Shown piece after piece: positions 30,696-45,071 of a DNA stretch of 64,000 nt. Both the position numbers and the translations under genes were made by a program. This stretch comes from Nitrospirota bacterium (lineage in GTDB: Bacteria; Nitrospirota; Nitrospiria; 2-01-FULL-66-17): NCBI GenBank assembly GCA_049325335.1, contig JBMOMC010000001.1, forward strand, positions 596,193 to 660,192. Direction: 5' to 3'. The notes beneath the pieces were generated by a model. It made no database searches. It saw nothing but the letters and a program-made list of their open reading frames with translations, and had not been told where the DNA came from. The stretch's first letter is position 1. Each line of letters begins with the position of its first letter.

Positions 30696-31328
30696 ATGGA
30701 TCCCAGTTTTTGGCACCAACGGTGGGCTAAGAATGAGATTGGCTTTCACGAGCCCAAGGCCAACCCGCTACTAGTCACGCATTTCAAAGAACTGTCTCTT
30801 CCAACGGGCTGTCGAGTCTTCGTGCCCTTGTGCGGCAAAACGCTGGACATCGCGTGGCTGCTGTCCCAGGGCTATCGTGTGGCGGGCGCGGAACTGAGCG
30901 AGGTGGCGATCACGCAATTATTTGCGGACCTCGGGGTGGAGCCGCAGATCTCAACCAGTGGCGCGCTCACGCACTATCGAGGACCCGATCTCGACATTTT
31001 TATCGGCAACATCTTTGATCTGTCCGGCCGCGTGCTCGGCAGCGTCGATGCCGTGTATGACCGGGCCGCGTTGGTGGCGCTCCCCGAACCCATACGCCCT
31101 CGTTATACGGCGCACCTCATGGAGATCACGAATCGCGCGCCGCAGTTGCTCATTTCCTACGTGTACGACCAACGCGTGATGGACGGCCCGCCGTTTTCGG
31201 TTTCGAACGAGGAAGTCACGCAACACTATGGACGCCGCTATGACGTCCGTCTCATCGCCAGCACCGATGTGCCCGGCGGATTGAAGGGCAAGTGCGCGGC
31301 CCAAGAGAACGTGTGGCTGTTGCGGTGA
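30696..31328 (+). CDS. tpm: thiopurine S-methyltransferase
   Basis: FWHQRW...IGFH, RVFVPLCGKTLD, YDRAALVAL, GPPFSV. Confidence 0.95.
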   Translation: MDPSFWHQRWAKNEIGFHEPKANPLLVTHFKELSLPTGCRVFVPLCGKTLDIAWLLSQGYRVAGAELSEVAITQLFADLGVEPQISTSGALTHYRGPDLDIFIGNIFDLSGRVLGSVDAVYDRAALVALPEPIRPRYTAHLMEITNRAPQLLISYVYDQRVMDGPPFSVSNEEVTQHYGRRYDVRLIASTDVPGGLKGKCAAQENVWLLR

Positions 31329-31404
31329 GAATGACTTCTCTTCGGTTTAGCCACCCCGCACTCAACTACATCTGAGCGAGCCCCGATTTCCCGGCCCTGC
31401 CGAC

Positions 31405-31451
31405 TTGACTGCTCACCACGTCGTGGCAGATAATTCACCACGACGTGGTGA
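31405..31451 (+). promoter_or_regulatory. sigma70-like promoter with two palindromic operators
   Basis: TTGACT-18 nt-GATAAT; TCACCACGTCGTGG (31413-31426) and TCACCACGACGTGGTGA (31435-31451). Confidence 0.65.
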
Positions 31452-31452
31452 T

Positions 31453-32685
31453 ATGTATCCCCGCTACCTCAAGGAACGGCTCGACGCCGCGCTGGCGGAC
31501 ACGCCGGTCGTCTTATTGACCGGCGCGCGTCAGACCGGAAAAAGCACGCTCGCCCACGCCCATGCGGCCGCGACCGGGGCCGCCTACGTCACCTTCGACG
31601 ATCCGAACGTGTTGGCGGCGGCCAAAGACGCCTCAGGGTTCATCCGGAGTCTGGGCGAACGGGCCGTGATCGATGAGGCGCAGCGGGCGCCGTGGTTGTT
31701 TTCGGCCATCAAGCTGGCCGTTGATCGCCACCGCCGCCCCGGGCGATTTCTCTTGACCGGCTCGGCCAACGTGCTGATGGCGCCGAGGGTGTCCGACTCG
31801 CTGGCGGGACGCATGGAGATCCTCCAGTTGTGGCCGCTCTCCCAGGGGGAGATCCTCGGGCGCAAAGAGCGGTTCATCGGCGCGCTGTTCGGCGGCCGCG
31901 AGTGGTCCTTGCTGCCGGCCAAACCCGGGGACGGCGACCTCCCGGGCCTGCTCACACGCGGCGGGTATCCGGAGATGGTGGCGCGGCCCGAACCGGCGCG
32001 CCGGGAGGCGTGGCTCGTCTCGTATCTGCGGACGCTGATCGAACGGGACGTGCGGGATCTGTCGAACATCGAGGGGCTGGTCGAGTTGCCGCGGCTCCTC
32101 GCGCTGCTCGCCGCACGCTCGGGCGCACTCATGAACGTGGCCGAGGTGTCTCGCGCGGTGGGCATCCCCCACACGACCCTCAAAAGGTACCTCGCGCTTC
32201 TACAGGCCACCTACCTCGTCACGCTCTTGCCGGCGTGGTCCGGCAACCTCGGAAAGCGTCTGATTAAAACGCCGAAGGTTTATCTCCCGGATAGCGCGGT
32301 GGCGGCCTCGCTGGCACACTTTGACGCGGCGCGGCTTGCGGAGGATCGCGGGATGTTGGGACACCTGATCGAGACGTTCGTGGTCTCCGAGCTACGCAAG
32401 CAGATGGGGTGGGCGACCGCGAGCGTCAATCTCTACTATTTTCGGACCGCCACGGGGCAGGAGGTTGATCTGCTGCTCGAAGATCGGAGGGGTCGCGTCG
32501 CGGGTATCGAGATCAAGGCCAGCGCGACCATCGGGGCCAAGGACTTTTCCGGGCTCAACGCGCTTGCAGAGGCGGCTGGCAAGCGGTTCGTCCGCGGGGC
32601 GCTGCTCTACGCGGGCCATGACGTCTTGCCGTTCGGCAAGAAGTTGTCCGCGCTGCCGATCAGCGCACTGTGGCGGGCCAGTTGA
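31453..32685 (+). CDS. AAA_14 ATPase with DUF4143 / PD-(D/E)xK-like C-terminus
   Basis: TGARQTGKST, IDEAQR, LLTGSA, GGYPE, KRLIKTPKVY, EVDLLLE...IEIKA. Confidence 0.92.
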   Translation: MYPRYLKERLDAALADTPVVLLTGARQTGKSTLAHAHAAATGAAYVTFDDPNVLAAAKDASGFIRSLGERAVIDEAQRAPWLFSAIKLAVDRHRRPGRFLLTGSANVLMAPRVSDSLAGRMEILQLWPLSQGEILGRKERFIGALFGGREWSLLPAKPGDGDLPGLLTRGGYPEMVARPEPARREAWLVSYLRTLIERDVRDLSNIEGLVELPRLLALLAARSGALMNVAEVSRAVGIPHTTLKRYLALLQATYLVTLLPAWSGNLGKRLIKTPKVYLPDSAVAASLAHFDAARLAEDRGMLGHLIETFVVSELRKQMGWATASVNLYYFRTATGQEVDLLLEDRRGRVAGIEIKASATIGAKDFSGLNALAEAAGKRFVRGALLYAGHDVLPFGKKLSALPISALWRAS

Positions 32686-32742
32686 GCACGCCCATCTTCC
32701 GGGGGCGGAGTCCGTTCTTTTCGTAGGCCAACTGCGGGAACG

Positions 32743-32778
32743 ACGAAGGCCATGCGACTTTCGTCGCATGGCCTTCGT
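32743..32778 (-). terminator. terminator hairpin at the ssrA 3' end
   Basis: ACGAAGGCCATGCGAC-tttc-GTCGCATGGCCTTCGT, a 16-bp perfect stem. Confidence 0.75.
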
Positions 32779-32781
32779 GAA

Positions 32782-33128
32782 TGGTGGAGGCGGCGGGAAT
32801 TGCACCCGCGTCCGAAGATCGTCAGCCTTAGATGCCTACGTGCGTAGCCCTGTTTGAGATTCGCCACCGTCGATGCCCAGGGCGGGCGCGACGACCGCTA
32901 GCCCAAGAAAGTTCTCGCCGGGTTTCCCTTGGACGCGGATTCCCAGCCAGCCTGTTTGTCGGCGCCTTTTCGGTAGAACAGGCAATCTACGATGAAAAGA
33001 CGCGCAGCTTAAGCTGCGAGTGCCAGTTCTTGATTGGCAGTTATACGTTCCCAGTTGTTTTACGAGCCCACTGGGACCTCGGCACGCCATCTAAAACGTC
33101 GTAACCCCCGTCGAGCCTATTCGCCCCC
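32782..33128 (-). ncRNA. ssrA: tmRNA, tag (A)NQELALAA
   Basis: 5' GGGGGCGAATAGGCTCGAC, 3' CCCGCCGCCTCCACCA, tag ORF GCC AAT CAA GAA CTG GCA CTC GCA GCT TAA (33038-33009); adjacent to smpB. Confidence 0.96.
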
Positions 33129-33258
33129 TTTCCTCGCTAGCGATGGGCAACGCAGCGCCTGGTTTGCTTCGCCACCTGTACGGTGAAGAACCTGTTTGCA
33201 TTCTGCGCCATATGGCGCAGCGTAGGTTCCCGGCGCGAGGCTGCCAGATTTTTTGCCC

Positions 33259-33732
33259 CTACGCCTTTTGTCTTTCCCGCATGCCGCGCTGAATTTCTCT
33301 GCTGGCTTCGCGGCGCTTGAGGGATTCGCGTTTGTCCGGACCGGTTTTCCCTTTGGCCAGGCCCAATTCCACCTTCGCGCGACCGACCTTATTAAAATAC
33401 AGCTTCAGCGGAATCAACGTCAACCCTTGCTCCTGGGTCTTGCCCAGCAGCCGCTGGATCTCATTACGATGCAACAGGAGTTTGCGCACGCGCAACGGGT
33501 CGTGGTTCTGAATATTGCCGTGGCTGTAGGGCTGGATGTGGCAATGGTGCAAGAGCACTTCGCCATGTTCGATTCGCGCGAAGCTGTCCTGTAGGTTCGC
33601 CTTGCCCTCGCGCAGCGCCTTGACCTCGGTGCCGACCAATGCGATACCCGCTTCGTACGTCTCCAGCACGTGATAGTCGTGGTACGCGCGGCGATTGCTG
33701 GCCACGATGTGTTCCTTGGACTGCGTTTTCAC
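33259..33732 (-). CDS. smpB: SsrA-binding protein
   Basis: NRRAYHDY, EAGIAL.GTEVK, RKLLLH, GLTLIPL. Confidence 0.98.
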   Translation of the reverse strand: MKTQSKEHIVASNRRAYHDYHVLETYEAGIALVGTEVKALREGKANLQDSFARIEHGEVLLHHCHIQPYSHGNIQNHDPLRVRKLLLHRNEIQRLLGKTQEQGLTLIPLKLYFNKVGRAKVELGLAKGKTGPDKRESLKRREASREIQRGMRERQKA

Positions 33733-33783
33733 GGCGCGATTATAACACCCACGGGTTGACGCGGTGCGTGGAAAGCCCGTAGG

Positions 33784-34278
33784 ATGCGGCCACCCGAGGT
33801 CTTGATGCGCGCTACCGACACCCTCATTCCCTCGCTCTTCGCGGCCTTTGGCCTAACAGCCAAGTTGGACGAACACCGGCTCATCTCGTCGTGGCCCCAG
33901 ATCGTCGGGCCTCAGATCGCGGCGCACACCGCACCCAAAGAGGTGCGCGCCAAAACCCTGTGGGTGGTGGTGGACAGCTCGACGTGGTTGCACGAACTGA
34001 CCCTGCTCAAACCATTGTTACTGGAAAAACTGGCGCCGCACGCGGGGAAAGCAGTGGTGCGGGATGTGCGGTTTGTGATCGGGGATGTCTCTCGCGCGCC
34101 AGCCAGCGATCAGAATACCGCGCCGGCGGCCGCGCCGTTGACGCCGGATGAGGACGAGGCCGTCAATCGCACCGTGTCCGCCATCTCCGACCCCGACGTA
34201 CGCGAAAGCGCTAGGCGCCTGCTGCGCAAAGCCGCGTCGGCCGCTCCCCCCGACCCTGATCTTATTCGCCGGCCGTAG
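33784..34278 (+). CDS. dciA: DciA / DUF721 helicase-loading factor
   Basis: [14 protein letters not shown]....[14 protein letters not shown]-like motif with a flexible tail. Confidence 0.85.
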   Translation: MRPPEVLMRATDTLIPSLFAAFGLTAKLDEHRLISSWPQIVGPQIAAHTAPKEVRAKTLWVVVDSSTWLHELTLLKPLLLEKLAPHAGKAVVRDVRFVIGDVSRAPASDQNTAPAAAPLTPDEDEAVNRTVSAISDPDVRESARRLLRKAASAAPPDPDLIRRP

Positions 34279-36745
34279 GCGCGCCGTTGCCCGCCGGGTC
34301 GGACCCGGCGGTACCCGCGTCGTCTTTTTCGCGCAGGATGGCGGCCGCGGCTACGCGGTCCCCTTGCGCCATTTCGATGAGCCGCACGCCCTGGGTGTTG
34401 CGCCCGATCACGCGCAACGCCGACACGGACAAGCGCAGCATTTGCGCCCCGGCCGTCACCATCATCACGTCCTCATCTGGGGCCACCTGCATCACCGCCA
34501 CCACGTCGCCGTTTCGGGGCGTGGTCTGGATCGTGATGATGCCCTTACCGCCGCGGCTTTGCGAGCGGTACTCCGCCAGATCCGTGCGTTTGCCATAGCC
34601 GTGTTCGGTCACAGTCAGCAGGGTTGCGCCCTCGCGTCGGTGTACCACCTCCATGCTGATTACCTCGTCGCCTGATTCGAGCTCAATCCCCTTGACCCCG
34701 TAGGCAGTCCGTCCCATGGGTCGCACGTTTTCTTCCGGAAAGCGAATAACCAACCCTTTCTTGGTCCCCAGCAAGACTTCCTCTTCTCCGTTCGTGACGA
34801 GCGCGGAGATCAGGTGATCGCCTTCTTCCAAACCGAGCGCGATGATCCCGCCGACGCGGGGGTTCGCGTAGGCGGACAGGTCGGTCTTTTTCACGGTGCC
34901 GTTCTTGGTCGCCATCACCACGTAGCGGTCTTCGCGAAACTCCGACACCGGGAGAATCGCGGACACGGTTTCGCCCTCCGCCAGTTGCAATAAATTGATG
35001 ATGGGCTTGCCCTTGGCGACCCGACCCGCTTCCGGCACTTGATGGACCTTGTGCCAGTATACCTTGCCGGAGTTGGTAAAAAACAGGAGGTAGTCCTTGG
35101 TGGAGGCGCTGAACAGCGTGGTGACAAAATCCTCCTCCTTGGTGCCCATGCCGATCTTGCCCTTGCCCCCGCGGCGCTGCGCGCGGTAGAGGCTCACCGC
35201 ATTACGCTTGATGTACCCGGAGTGTGAGACCGTGATCACCACGTCCTCGGGCGCGATCATATCTTCCAACGAGATCTCCGCGCTCTCTTCCACGATTTCG
35301 GTGCGGCGCTCGTCCCCGAACTTGGTCTTCAACTCGGTCAGTTCGTCCCGAATCACGCCGCGCACCAACGCGTCGCTCGCGAGAATGGCCTTGAGGGATT
35401 CGATTTTTTGCAGCGTCTCTTGGTACTCGATGACCAGTTTTTCGCGTTCCAGGTTCGTGAGCCGCTGCAGCCGCATGTCCAAAATGGCCTGGGCCTGGAT
35501 CGCGGACAGGGCGAACCGCGTCATCAAGCCGGTCTTGGCCGCGTCGGGGTCCGCCGCCGCGCGGATCAGCGCGATCACCGCGTCCAGGTGGTCGATCGCC
35601 TTCTTCAAGCCCTCCAGGATATGGGCGCGTTCTTCGGCCTTGCGCAGCTCAAAGCGCGTCCGGCGGACCACCACCTCGCGGCGGTGCTCGACAAAGTGCG
35701 ACAACATCCCGTGCAGGTTCAGGATCTGCGGCTGATTGCGCACCAACGCGAGCGAGATGATGCCGAACGTGGTCTGGAGCGAGGTGTGTTTGAACAGTTG
35801 ATTGAGGATGACCGCCGCAATTTCGCCGCGTTTGAGTTCGATCACGATCCGCATGCCCTCGCGGTCCGATTCGTCGCGCAGGTCCGCGATGCCTTCGATC
35901 TTGCGATCGGACACCAGCTCCGCGATTTTCTCCAGCAGCCTGGCCTTGTTGACCTGATAGGGTAACTCGGTGACGATCAGGCTCTCTTTTTCGGTCCGGG
36001 GGTGCGTCTCGATGCGCACGCGCGCGCGCAGGGTGAGCGACCCGCGACCGGTGCGGTACGCTTCGCCGATGCCGCGCTTGCCGTAAATGAATCCCGCGGT
36101 CGGGAAATCCGGGCCTTTGATCACGGCCATTAACTCGTCGATGGTCACGCCGGGGTTCTCCAGCACGAGCAACAAGCCGTCCACCACTTCGTTCAGGTTG
36201 TGCGGCGGAATGTTGGTGGCCATGCCGACCGCAATGCCCGAGGACCCGTTGACGAGCAGGTTGGGCAGCCGCGTGGGCAACACGAGGGGTTCGGTCTGGG
36301 TGTCGTCGTAGTTGGGGCCGAAGTCCACGGTCTCTTTATCGATATCCGCGAGCAACTCGTGACCGATCTGCGCCATGCGCACCTCGGTGTACCGCATAGC
36401 CGCGGGCGGATCGCCGTCCACCGACCCGAAGTTGCCCTGACCGTCCACCAGGGGATACCGCAATGAGAAATCTTGCGCCATGCGCACGATGGTGTCGTAG
36501 ATTGCGGCGTCGCCGTGCGGGTGGTATTTACCCATGACGTCGCCGACCACGCGCGCGGACTTCTTGTACGCCCGGTTCCACGCCAGGCCCATCTCGTTCA
36601 TGCCGTACAGCACGCGCCGGTGCACGGGCTTCAGTCCGTCTCGCACGTCGGGCAGGGCGCGGCCCACGATCACGCTCATCGCGTAATTGATGTACGCGGA
36701 CCGCATTTCGTCTTCGATATTGATCAGTACGTTTTGTTCGGGCAT
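34262..36745 (-). CDS. gyrA: DNA gyrase subunit A
   Basis: [13 protein letters not shown], GyrA-box QRRGGKG. Confidence 0.99.
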   Translation of the reverse strand: MPEQNVLINIEDEMRSAYINYAMSVIVGRALPDVRDGLKPVHRRVLYGMNEMGLAWNRAYKKSARVVGDVMGKYHPHGDAAIYDTIVRMAQDFSLRYPLVDGQGNFGSVDGDPPAAMRYTEVRMAQIGHELLADIDKETVDFGPNYDDTQTEPLVLPTRLPNLLVNGSSGIAVGMATNIPPHNLNEVVDGLLLVLENPGVTIDELMAVIKGPDFPTAGFIYGKRGIGEAYRTGRGSLTLRARVRIETHPRTEKESLIVTELPYQVNKARLLEKIAELVSDRKIEGIADLRDESDREGMRIVIELKRGEIAAVILNQLFKHTSLQTTFGIISLALVRNQPQILNLHGMLSHFVEHRREVVVRRTRFELRKAEERAHILEGLKKAIDHLDAVIALIRAAADPDAAKTGLMTRFALSAIQAQAILDMRLQRLTNLEREKLVIEYQETLQKIESLKAILASDALVRGVIRDELTELKTKFGDERRTEIVEESAEISLEDMIAPEDVVITVSHSGYIKRNAVSLYRAQRRGGKGKIGMGTKEEDFVTTLFSASTKDYLLFFTNSGKVYWHKVHQVPEAGRVAKGKPIINLLQLAEGETVSAILPVSEFREDRYVVMATKNGTVKKTDLSAYANPRVGGIIALGLEEGDHLISALVTNGEEEVLLGTKKGLVIRFPEENVRPMGRTAYGVKGIELESGDEVISMEVVHRREGATLLTVTEHGYGKRTDLAEYRSQSRGGKGIITIQTTPRNGDVVAVMQVAPDEDVMMVTAGAQMLRLSVSALRVIGRNTQGVRLIEMAQGDRVAAAAILREKDDAGTAGSDPAGNGAPTAGE

Positions 36746-36781
36746 AGGTCTCCGACTACGGGGCAGGCCCCTACCGCACTA

Positions 36782-40364
<3,583 letters not shown>

Positions 40365-40417
40365 TATGGAATCCTTTTTAGTAGTGCCACCGGGGGGAGC
40401 CTGTCGGTGGTGTGGCT

Positions 40418-41740
40418 TCAGCCATGAATCGCCTTGATGAGGCCATCAACCGTTGACTTGGTTTGATGGTCGCGCTCGATCTGGTCCGCGATCAATCGCA
40501 CCGCGTGAATCACGGTGGAGTGGTCTTTCCCGCCGAACTCGCGGCCGATTTCAGGGAACGAGCTGTCGGTGAGCGTACGACAGAGGTACATGGCCAACTG
40601 TCTGGGATATACCACGGTCTTCGTACGGCGTTTGGACTTGAGGTCCGCGGTTTTCATCTGGAATCGATCCGCGACTGTTTTTAAAATGTGATCGACGCTG
40701 ACTAACACCTTGGTGTCTCGGATCGTGTCCCGTAGGACCTCTCTTGCAAGGTCAACGGTCATGTTTCGTCCGGTTAATGAAGAGAATGCGTTGAGCCGCA
40801 GCAACGACCCTTCCAGCTCGCGGATATTGTTCTTGATGTGAGTGGCCAAAAACAAGGTCAGATCGGACGTGATGGGTAAATGATCCGCCTCGGCTTTTTT
40901 ATTGAGGATGGCGATCCGGGTTTCCAAATCTGGCGGCTGAATATCGGCCATCAACCCCATCTCGAATCGGGATCGAAGCCGGAGTTCAACATCAGCCAAC
41001 TCCTTGGTTGACCGATCAGAGGAGATGACGATCTGTTTATTCTCCTCATACAAGGTGTTAAACGTATGGAAAAACTCTTCTTGGGTCCGTTCCTTGCCCG
41101 CGATAAATTGGATGTCATCGATCAGTAAAATATCAACCGTGCGAAACCGGTTCCGGAATTCCGCCATTTTATCGTATCGGATCGAGTTGATCACCTCATT
41201 GGTGAACATTTCCGATGACAGGTAGGCGATGCGTTTATGTGGTCCGTGGTCCAAAATCGCGTTGCCGATGGCATTCAGGAGATGTGTTTTCCCAAGGCCG
41301 ACACCCCCGTAAATGAAAAACGGGTTGTAAATTTCTCCGGGTTGTTCCGCGACTTTCCGCGAAGCTGCGTGGGCAAACTGGTTGCTGGCGCCGACCACAA
41401 AATTTGCAAACACGTATTTGGCCTGGAGCTGCCGGTTCTTTGACCGCCGCTCTTGGGACAAGAGGGATATTGGTTTCGGAGCGTCGACTTCCTGCACCTC
41501 AAACGAGATATCTAACCCTCTGTTTAAAGTAAGACGCCGCAGGTTTTCTTGGATGGAGTCAGCATAATGTTCTTGGATCCAATCAACAAAGAATTTATTG
41601 GGGACCGCAAACACGGCCTCTTGGTTAGAGCTGTTTTCGACCACCAGTGTGAGCGGCCGAATCCAGGTATCAAAACTCTGTTTGTTGACAGAGGCCTCGA
41701 GCTCACGTCGGTAGGCCTGCCACGCTTCTTCAAGGGTCAT
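40418..41740 (-). CDS. dnaA: chromosomal replication initiator DnaA
   Basis: YGGVGLGKTHL, DDIQF, EFFHTFN, IRELEG, GGKDHSTV. Confidence 0.99.
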   Translation of the reverse strand: MTLEEAWQAYRRELEASVNKQSFDTWIRPLTLVVENSSNQEAVFAVPNKFFVDWIQEHYADSIQENLRRLTLNRGLDISFEVQEVDAPKPISLLSQERRSKNRQLQAKYVFANFVVGASNQFAHAASRKVAEQPGEIYNPFFIYGGVGLGKTHLLNAIGNAILDHGPHKRIAYLSSEMFTNEVINSIRYDKMAEFRNRFRTVDILLIDDIQFIAGKERTQEEFFHTFNTLYEENKQIVISSDRSTKELADVELRLRSRFEMGLMADIQPPDLETRIAILNKKAEADHLPITSDLTLFLATHIKNNIRELEGSLLRLNAFSSLTGRNMTVDLAREVLRDTIRDTKVLVSVDHILKTVADRFQMKTADLKSKRRTKTVVYPRQLAMYLCRTLTDSSFPEIGREFGGKDHSTVIHAVRLIADQIERDHQTKSTVDGLIKAIHG

Positions 41741-42095
41741 TCGCCAGCCTTACAACTTAATAACAGGGTTATTCACAAGTGTTAATAACTCAATTTCTCC
41801 AAAAAAAACAGCACTTGGTTATTTGCCGCGATGCAGTACGGACGTTGTTTGGCCAGTCTGAGGACCGGCGTACTATATCAGACTCGATACTACGGTTCAA
41901 CGCTTTCTATTTGCCCGTGTTATACACACTATTCCCCACTGTCTTCGACACGAACCGATGTCCGTAAAGTCCATAAAAAACCAGTTCTTGAATATCTTTT
42001 CAACGATCAGCCGGACCCCCTATTACTACGGTTAATATTTACGCTTCATTGAAAAGTCTTTTCGCTGTTGTTACTATTTCACTCTCGCGGAGGCC
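41741..42095. other. replication origin oriC candidate
   Basis: AT-rich intergenic region upstream of dnaA with DnaA boxes TTATTCACA (41769-41777) and TTATACACA (41920-41928), weaker boxes, and a GC run followed by trio-like TATTACTAC (42021-42029). Confidence 0.8.
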
Positions 42096-42101
42096 GTGGA
42101 T

Positions 42102-43013
42102 ATGTTGACTGAATCAAAAACTATTTGGATGGACGGCAAGCTCATTCCCTGGAAAGAAGCGACCGTCCACGTGTTGACGCACTCACTGCACTACGGCCTC
42201 GGGGTTTTCGAAGGCATTCGTTGTTATGAAGGAGCCAAAGGGTCTGCAATTTTTCGTCTTCGGGAGCACGTAGAGCGTTTGTTTGCGTCCGCCCACGCCA
42301 GTTGTATCGAGATTTCATTTTCCCAAAAAGACATTGAGCAGGCGATCTGTAAGACCGTGAGGGAGAATGGGCTTCAGTCTTGTTATATTCGTCCGTTGGT
42401 TTTTTTGGGGTATGGCGATATGGGATTGTATGTGACGTCAAACCCGGTCCACGTGTCCATCGCTGCTTGGCCGTGGGGTACGTACCTTGGAGAAGAGGGG
42501 TTGAGTAAGGGGATCCGAGTGAAAATCTCTTCCTTTGCCCGCCACCACGTGAATGTGAGTCTGACGCGAGCCAAGGTGTCCGGATATTACGTGAACTCGC
42601 AGTTCGCCAAGCGGGAAGTTAAAAAAGCGGGGTACGACGAAGCACTTCTGTTAGATACCGATGGGTTTGTCGCGGAAGGCCCAGGGGAAAATATTTTTGC
42701 GGTGCGGCGCGGCATCTTAAAAACTCCGCCACTCACCTCTGTGCTCGAAGGCATTACCCGCGACACCGTGCTGGCCTTGGCGCAGGAGCTCCGAATTCCC
42801 GTCAAAGAAGAACGGCTCACCCGCGACGATTTGTACGTGGCCGACGAGGCGTTTTTTACTGGAACCGCAGCCGAAATTACACCGATTCGAGAAATCGACG
42901 ACCGCCGAATCGGACCCGGGCAACCAGGCCCCATTACCAAACGTATCCAAGAGGCGTTTTTCTCGATCGTCAGGGGATCAGGGGGACATCAAGACTGGTT
43001 AACCTCTATCTGA
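42102..43013 (+). CDS. ilvE: branched-chain amino acid aminotransferase
   Basis: [46 protein letters not shown]. Confidence 0.97.
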   Translation: MLTESKTIWMDGKLIPWKEATVHVLTHSLHYGLGVFEGIRCYEGAKGSAIFRLREHVERLFASAHASCIEISFSQKDIEQAICKTVRENGLQSCYIRPLVFLGYGDMGLYVTSNPVHVSIAAWPWGTYLGEEGLSKGIRVKISSFARHHVNVSLTRAKVSGYYVNSQFAKREVKKAGYDEALLLDTDGFVAEGPGENIFAVRRGILKTPPLTSVLEGITRDTVLALAQELRIPVKEERLTRDDLYVADEAFFTGTAAEITPIREIDDRRIGPGQPGPITKRIQEAFFSIVRGSGGHQDWLTSI

Positions 43014-44474
43014 CCGTCCCACACTGCGCGCCGCTGCAACAACAAGTTCCCACCCAGCCTGACGCGTCTTAATCCACTGTCGTTGTCGGCTGGACGCGAC
43101 GATCTTTTGATGGGTAGAGAGTTGAACCGCTTCCGATGGGCTGGTCCAGATCCCAGCGCCAACGCCAGCCAACACAGCGGCGCCCCAACCCGAGGTTTCT
43201 CGGAACCGCGCACGATGGATTGGACGGTTCAGATACGAGGCCTGCAGTTCCAACAAGAGATCCACCGCCGACAACCCCCCTCCGGCAACGACTCGGCGGT
43301 ACGGAACCGTTGCTGGAGCGGCTCGCACGATTTGTGCGAGTAAAAACGCCACGCCGTCCAAAAACCCATACACCAAATCCGCTTGATCCGTAACCAGTGA
43401 GACCCCGGAAACCAACGACTCGGCGTCGGCATCCCAGTAAGGAGCGGCAAGTCCCGCCAACGCCGGCAAGACCCGCGGGGCCATTGTTGCTGATCGCGCC
43501 AGCCGTTCGATCGCGCCAAGGTCTTTGGGTAATCGCAACATTTTGGTCAGCCACGCCAAGCCCGATCCCACCGCGTTGACCCCTCCCTCCAAGAGATAAG
43601 TCCGTTGAGTCGAAGAACTCCACGCGACATTCGCCAAGAGTCCTCGACAGCGAACAAGGTGCTCCCCGGTGAACAAGAGGGCGAACGCGCCGGTACCGTA
43701 ATTCAGACAGAGGTCTCCGCGGCGAACCCCTCCCTGACCGATTGCCGCGGCCTGTTGATCGCCGATAGAGGCAAGGACTGGGACAAGAGCTCTCCCAGCG
43801 CGGACCTCTCCAAATTCAGCAAGGGTCGGTCGGATCTCGGGAAGTAGGACCCGAGGGATGCCAAAAAGATCACAGAGACGTTGGTCCCACTGTAAAGATG
43901 ACAGGTTCATCAACAACGTTCTGCCCGCCTGCGTGTGATCAGTGAGAAACAAGGACCGACCCGACCAGTGCCAGAGCAGGAAGGTATTGACGGTCCCACA
44001 CATCAAATCACCGTCCTCCGCGCGGCGCTGGCCCGTTGGAAGGTGATCCAACAACCAACGAATTTTGGGACCGGCATAATAGGGGCTGAGCCGGAGACCG
44101 GTTACCCGTCTGATAAAGGGTCCTGCCGATGCCATTGCGCGGCACACATCCACGGCGCGCCGGTCCTGCCAACTCACTGCCGGAGAAACCGGGCGTCCAG
44201 TCCGGCGGTCCCATAACACAATAGTCGATCGTTGCGCGGTGAGGCCGATGGCCCGCAACGATCGTGGTACCGACTGCGCGGCCGCGCTCATCGCAGCGGT
44301 AGCGCCCCGTAACAACTCGTCGGGGTCATGTTCAACCCATCCCGGTTTCGGCGTTCGCGTTGCCAGGGGACGCCGCGCTTCAGCCACCACGCGCCCAGTG
44401 GAGTCAAAAACCAAGGCCCTTGTGCTGCCGCTCCCCTGATCAAGAGCCAAGATCAACGGCCGCGAGCGGGTCAT
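42999..44474 (-). CDS. FGGY carbohydrate kinase, glycerol kinase-like
   Basis: [42 protein letters not shown]. Confidence 0.85.
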   Translation of the reverse strand: MTRSRPLILALDQGSGSTRALVFDSTGRVVAEARRPLATRTPKPGWVEHDPDELLRGATAAMSAAAQSVPRSLRAIGLTAQRSTIVLWDRRTGRPVSPAVSWQDRRAVDVCRAMASAGPFIRRVTGLRLSPYYAGPKIRWLLDHLPTGQRRAEDGDLMCGTVNTFLLWHWSGRSLFLTDHTQAGRTLLMNLSSLQWDQRLCDLFGIPRVLLPEIRPTLAEFGEVRAGRALVPVLASIGDQQAAAIGQGGVRRGDLCLNYGTGAFALLFTGEHLVRCRGLLANVAWSSSTQRTYLLEGGVNAVGSGLAWLTKMLRLPKDLGAIERLARSATMAPRVLPALAGLAAPYWDADAESLVSGVSLVTDQADLVYGFLDGVAFLLAQIVRAAPATVPYRRVVAGGGLSAVDLLLELQASYLNRPIHRARFRETSGWGAAVLAGVGAGIWTSPSEAVQLSTHQKIVASSRQRQWIKTRQAGWELVVAAARSVGRSDRG

Positions 44475-44603
44475 GGACGTGGCATCCGGTGCCGCGCCGC
44501 GTCGCTCAGCCGCGGGGCGCGCCGCCTTGCGGGACGAAGGGGCATCTGGTACCATCGCGCCTTTGCCTCGCTGCGCGGGGCGAGCAGGAACAGGTTTGAA
44601 AGC

Positions 44604-45071
44604 ATGGCGAAAACAGGGTCCTCTCAAGCATTCCTACGGTTTATCATTGTCGAAAAGACGTTTATCGGACTGCTCTTCCTGAGCTTGTCGATCGGCCTCT
44701 TGGGATTGATCGACAAGGATTTGGTGGTGTTCGGTCGGGAAGTGGTCGCCATGCTGAACCTCGATACCGATAACGCATACATCACCTTGGCTCTCGGGAA
44801 ACTCGGGCTGGTCGACAACAAAATCATCGTCGGACTCTCCATCGGCGGCTTTGCGTACGCCATGCTCAATTTGTTGGAAGCCTACGGCCTTCACAAGCGG
44901 CTGCGGTGGGCGGAGTGGTTGACGGTCATCGCCACAGGCATTTTCATTCCGTTTGAAGTGTACGAAGTGTGGCACCGGTTTACCCCGGTGCGGGTGGGGG
45001 TGTTGATTCTCAATGTCGCCATCGTCATCTACCTGGCCAAACATAAGGAACTGTTCCCGCGCTGGTTTTGA
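44604..45071 (+). CDS. DUF2127 family membrane protein
   Basis: EAYGL....WAEWLTVIATGIFIPFEVYE motif, several TMs. Confidence 0.85.
   Translation: MAKTGSSQAFLRFIIVEKTFIGLLFLSLSIGLLGLIDKDLVVFGREVVAMLNLDTDNAYITLALGKLGLVDNKIIVGLSIGGFAYAMLNLLEAYGLHKRLRWAEWLTVIATGIFIPFEVYEVWHRFTPVRVGVLILNVAIVIYLAKHKELFPRWF

Noticed and set aside
24300..32800. Intact integrative element or prophage at ssrA
   Set aside because: No integrase, no phage structural genes, and no duplicate of the ssrA 3' end seen.
32795..32812. Non-standard T-loop (GTGCAAT) in tmRNA
   Set aside because: Such T-loop variants occur in tmRNAs, and the stem pairs normally.
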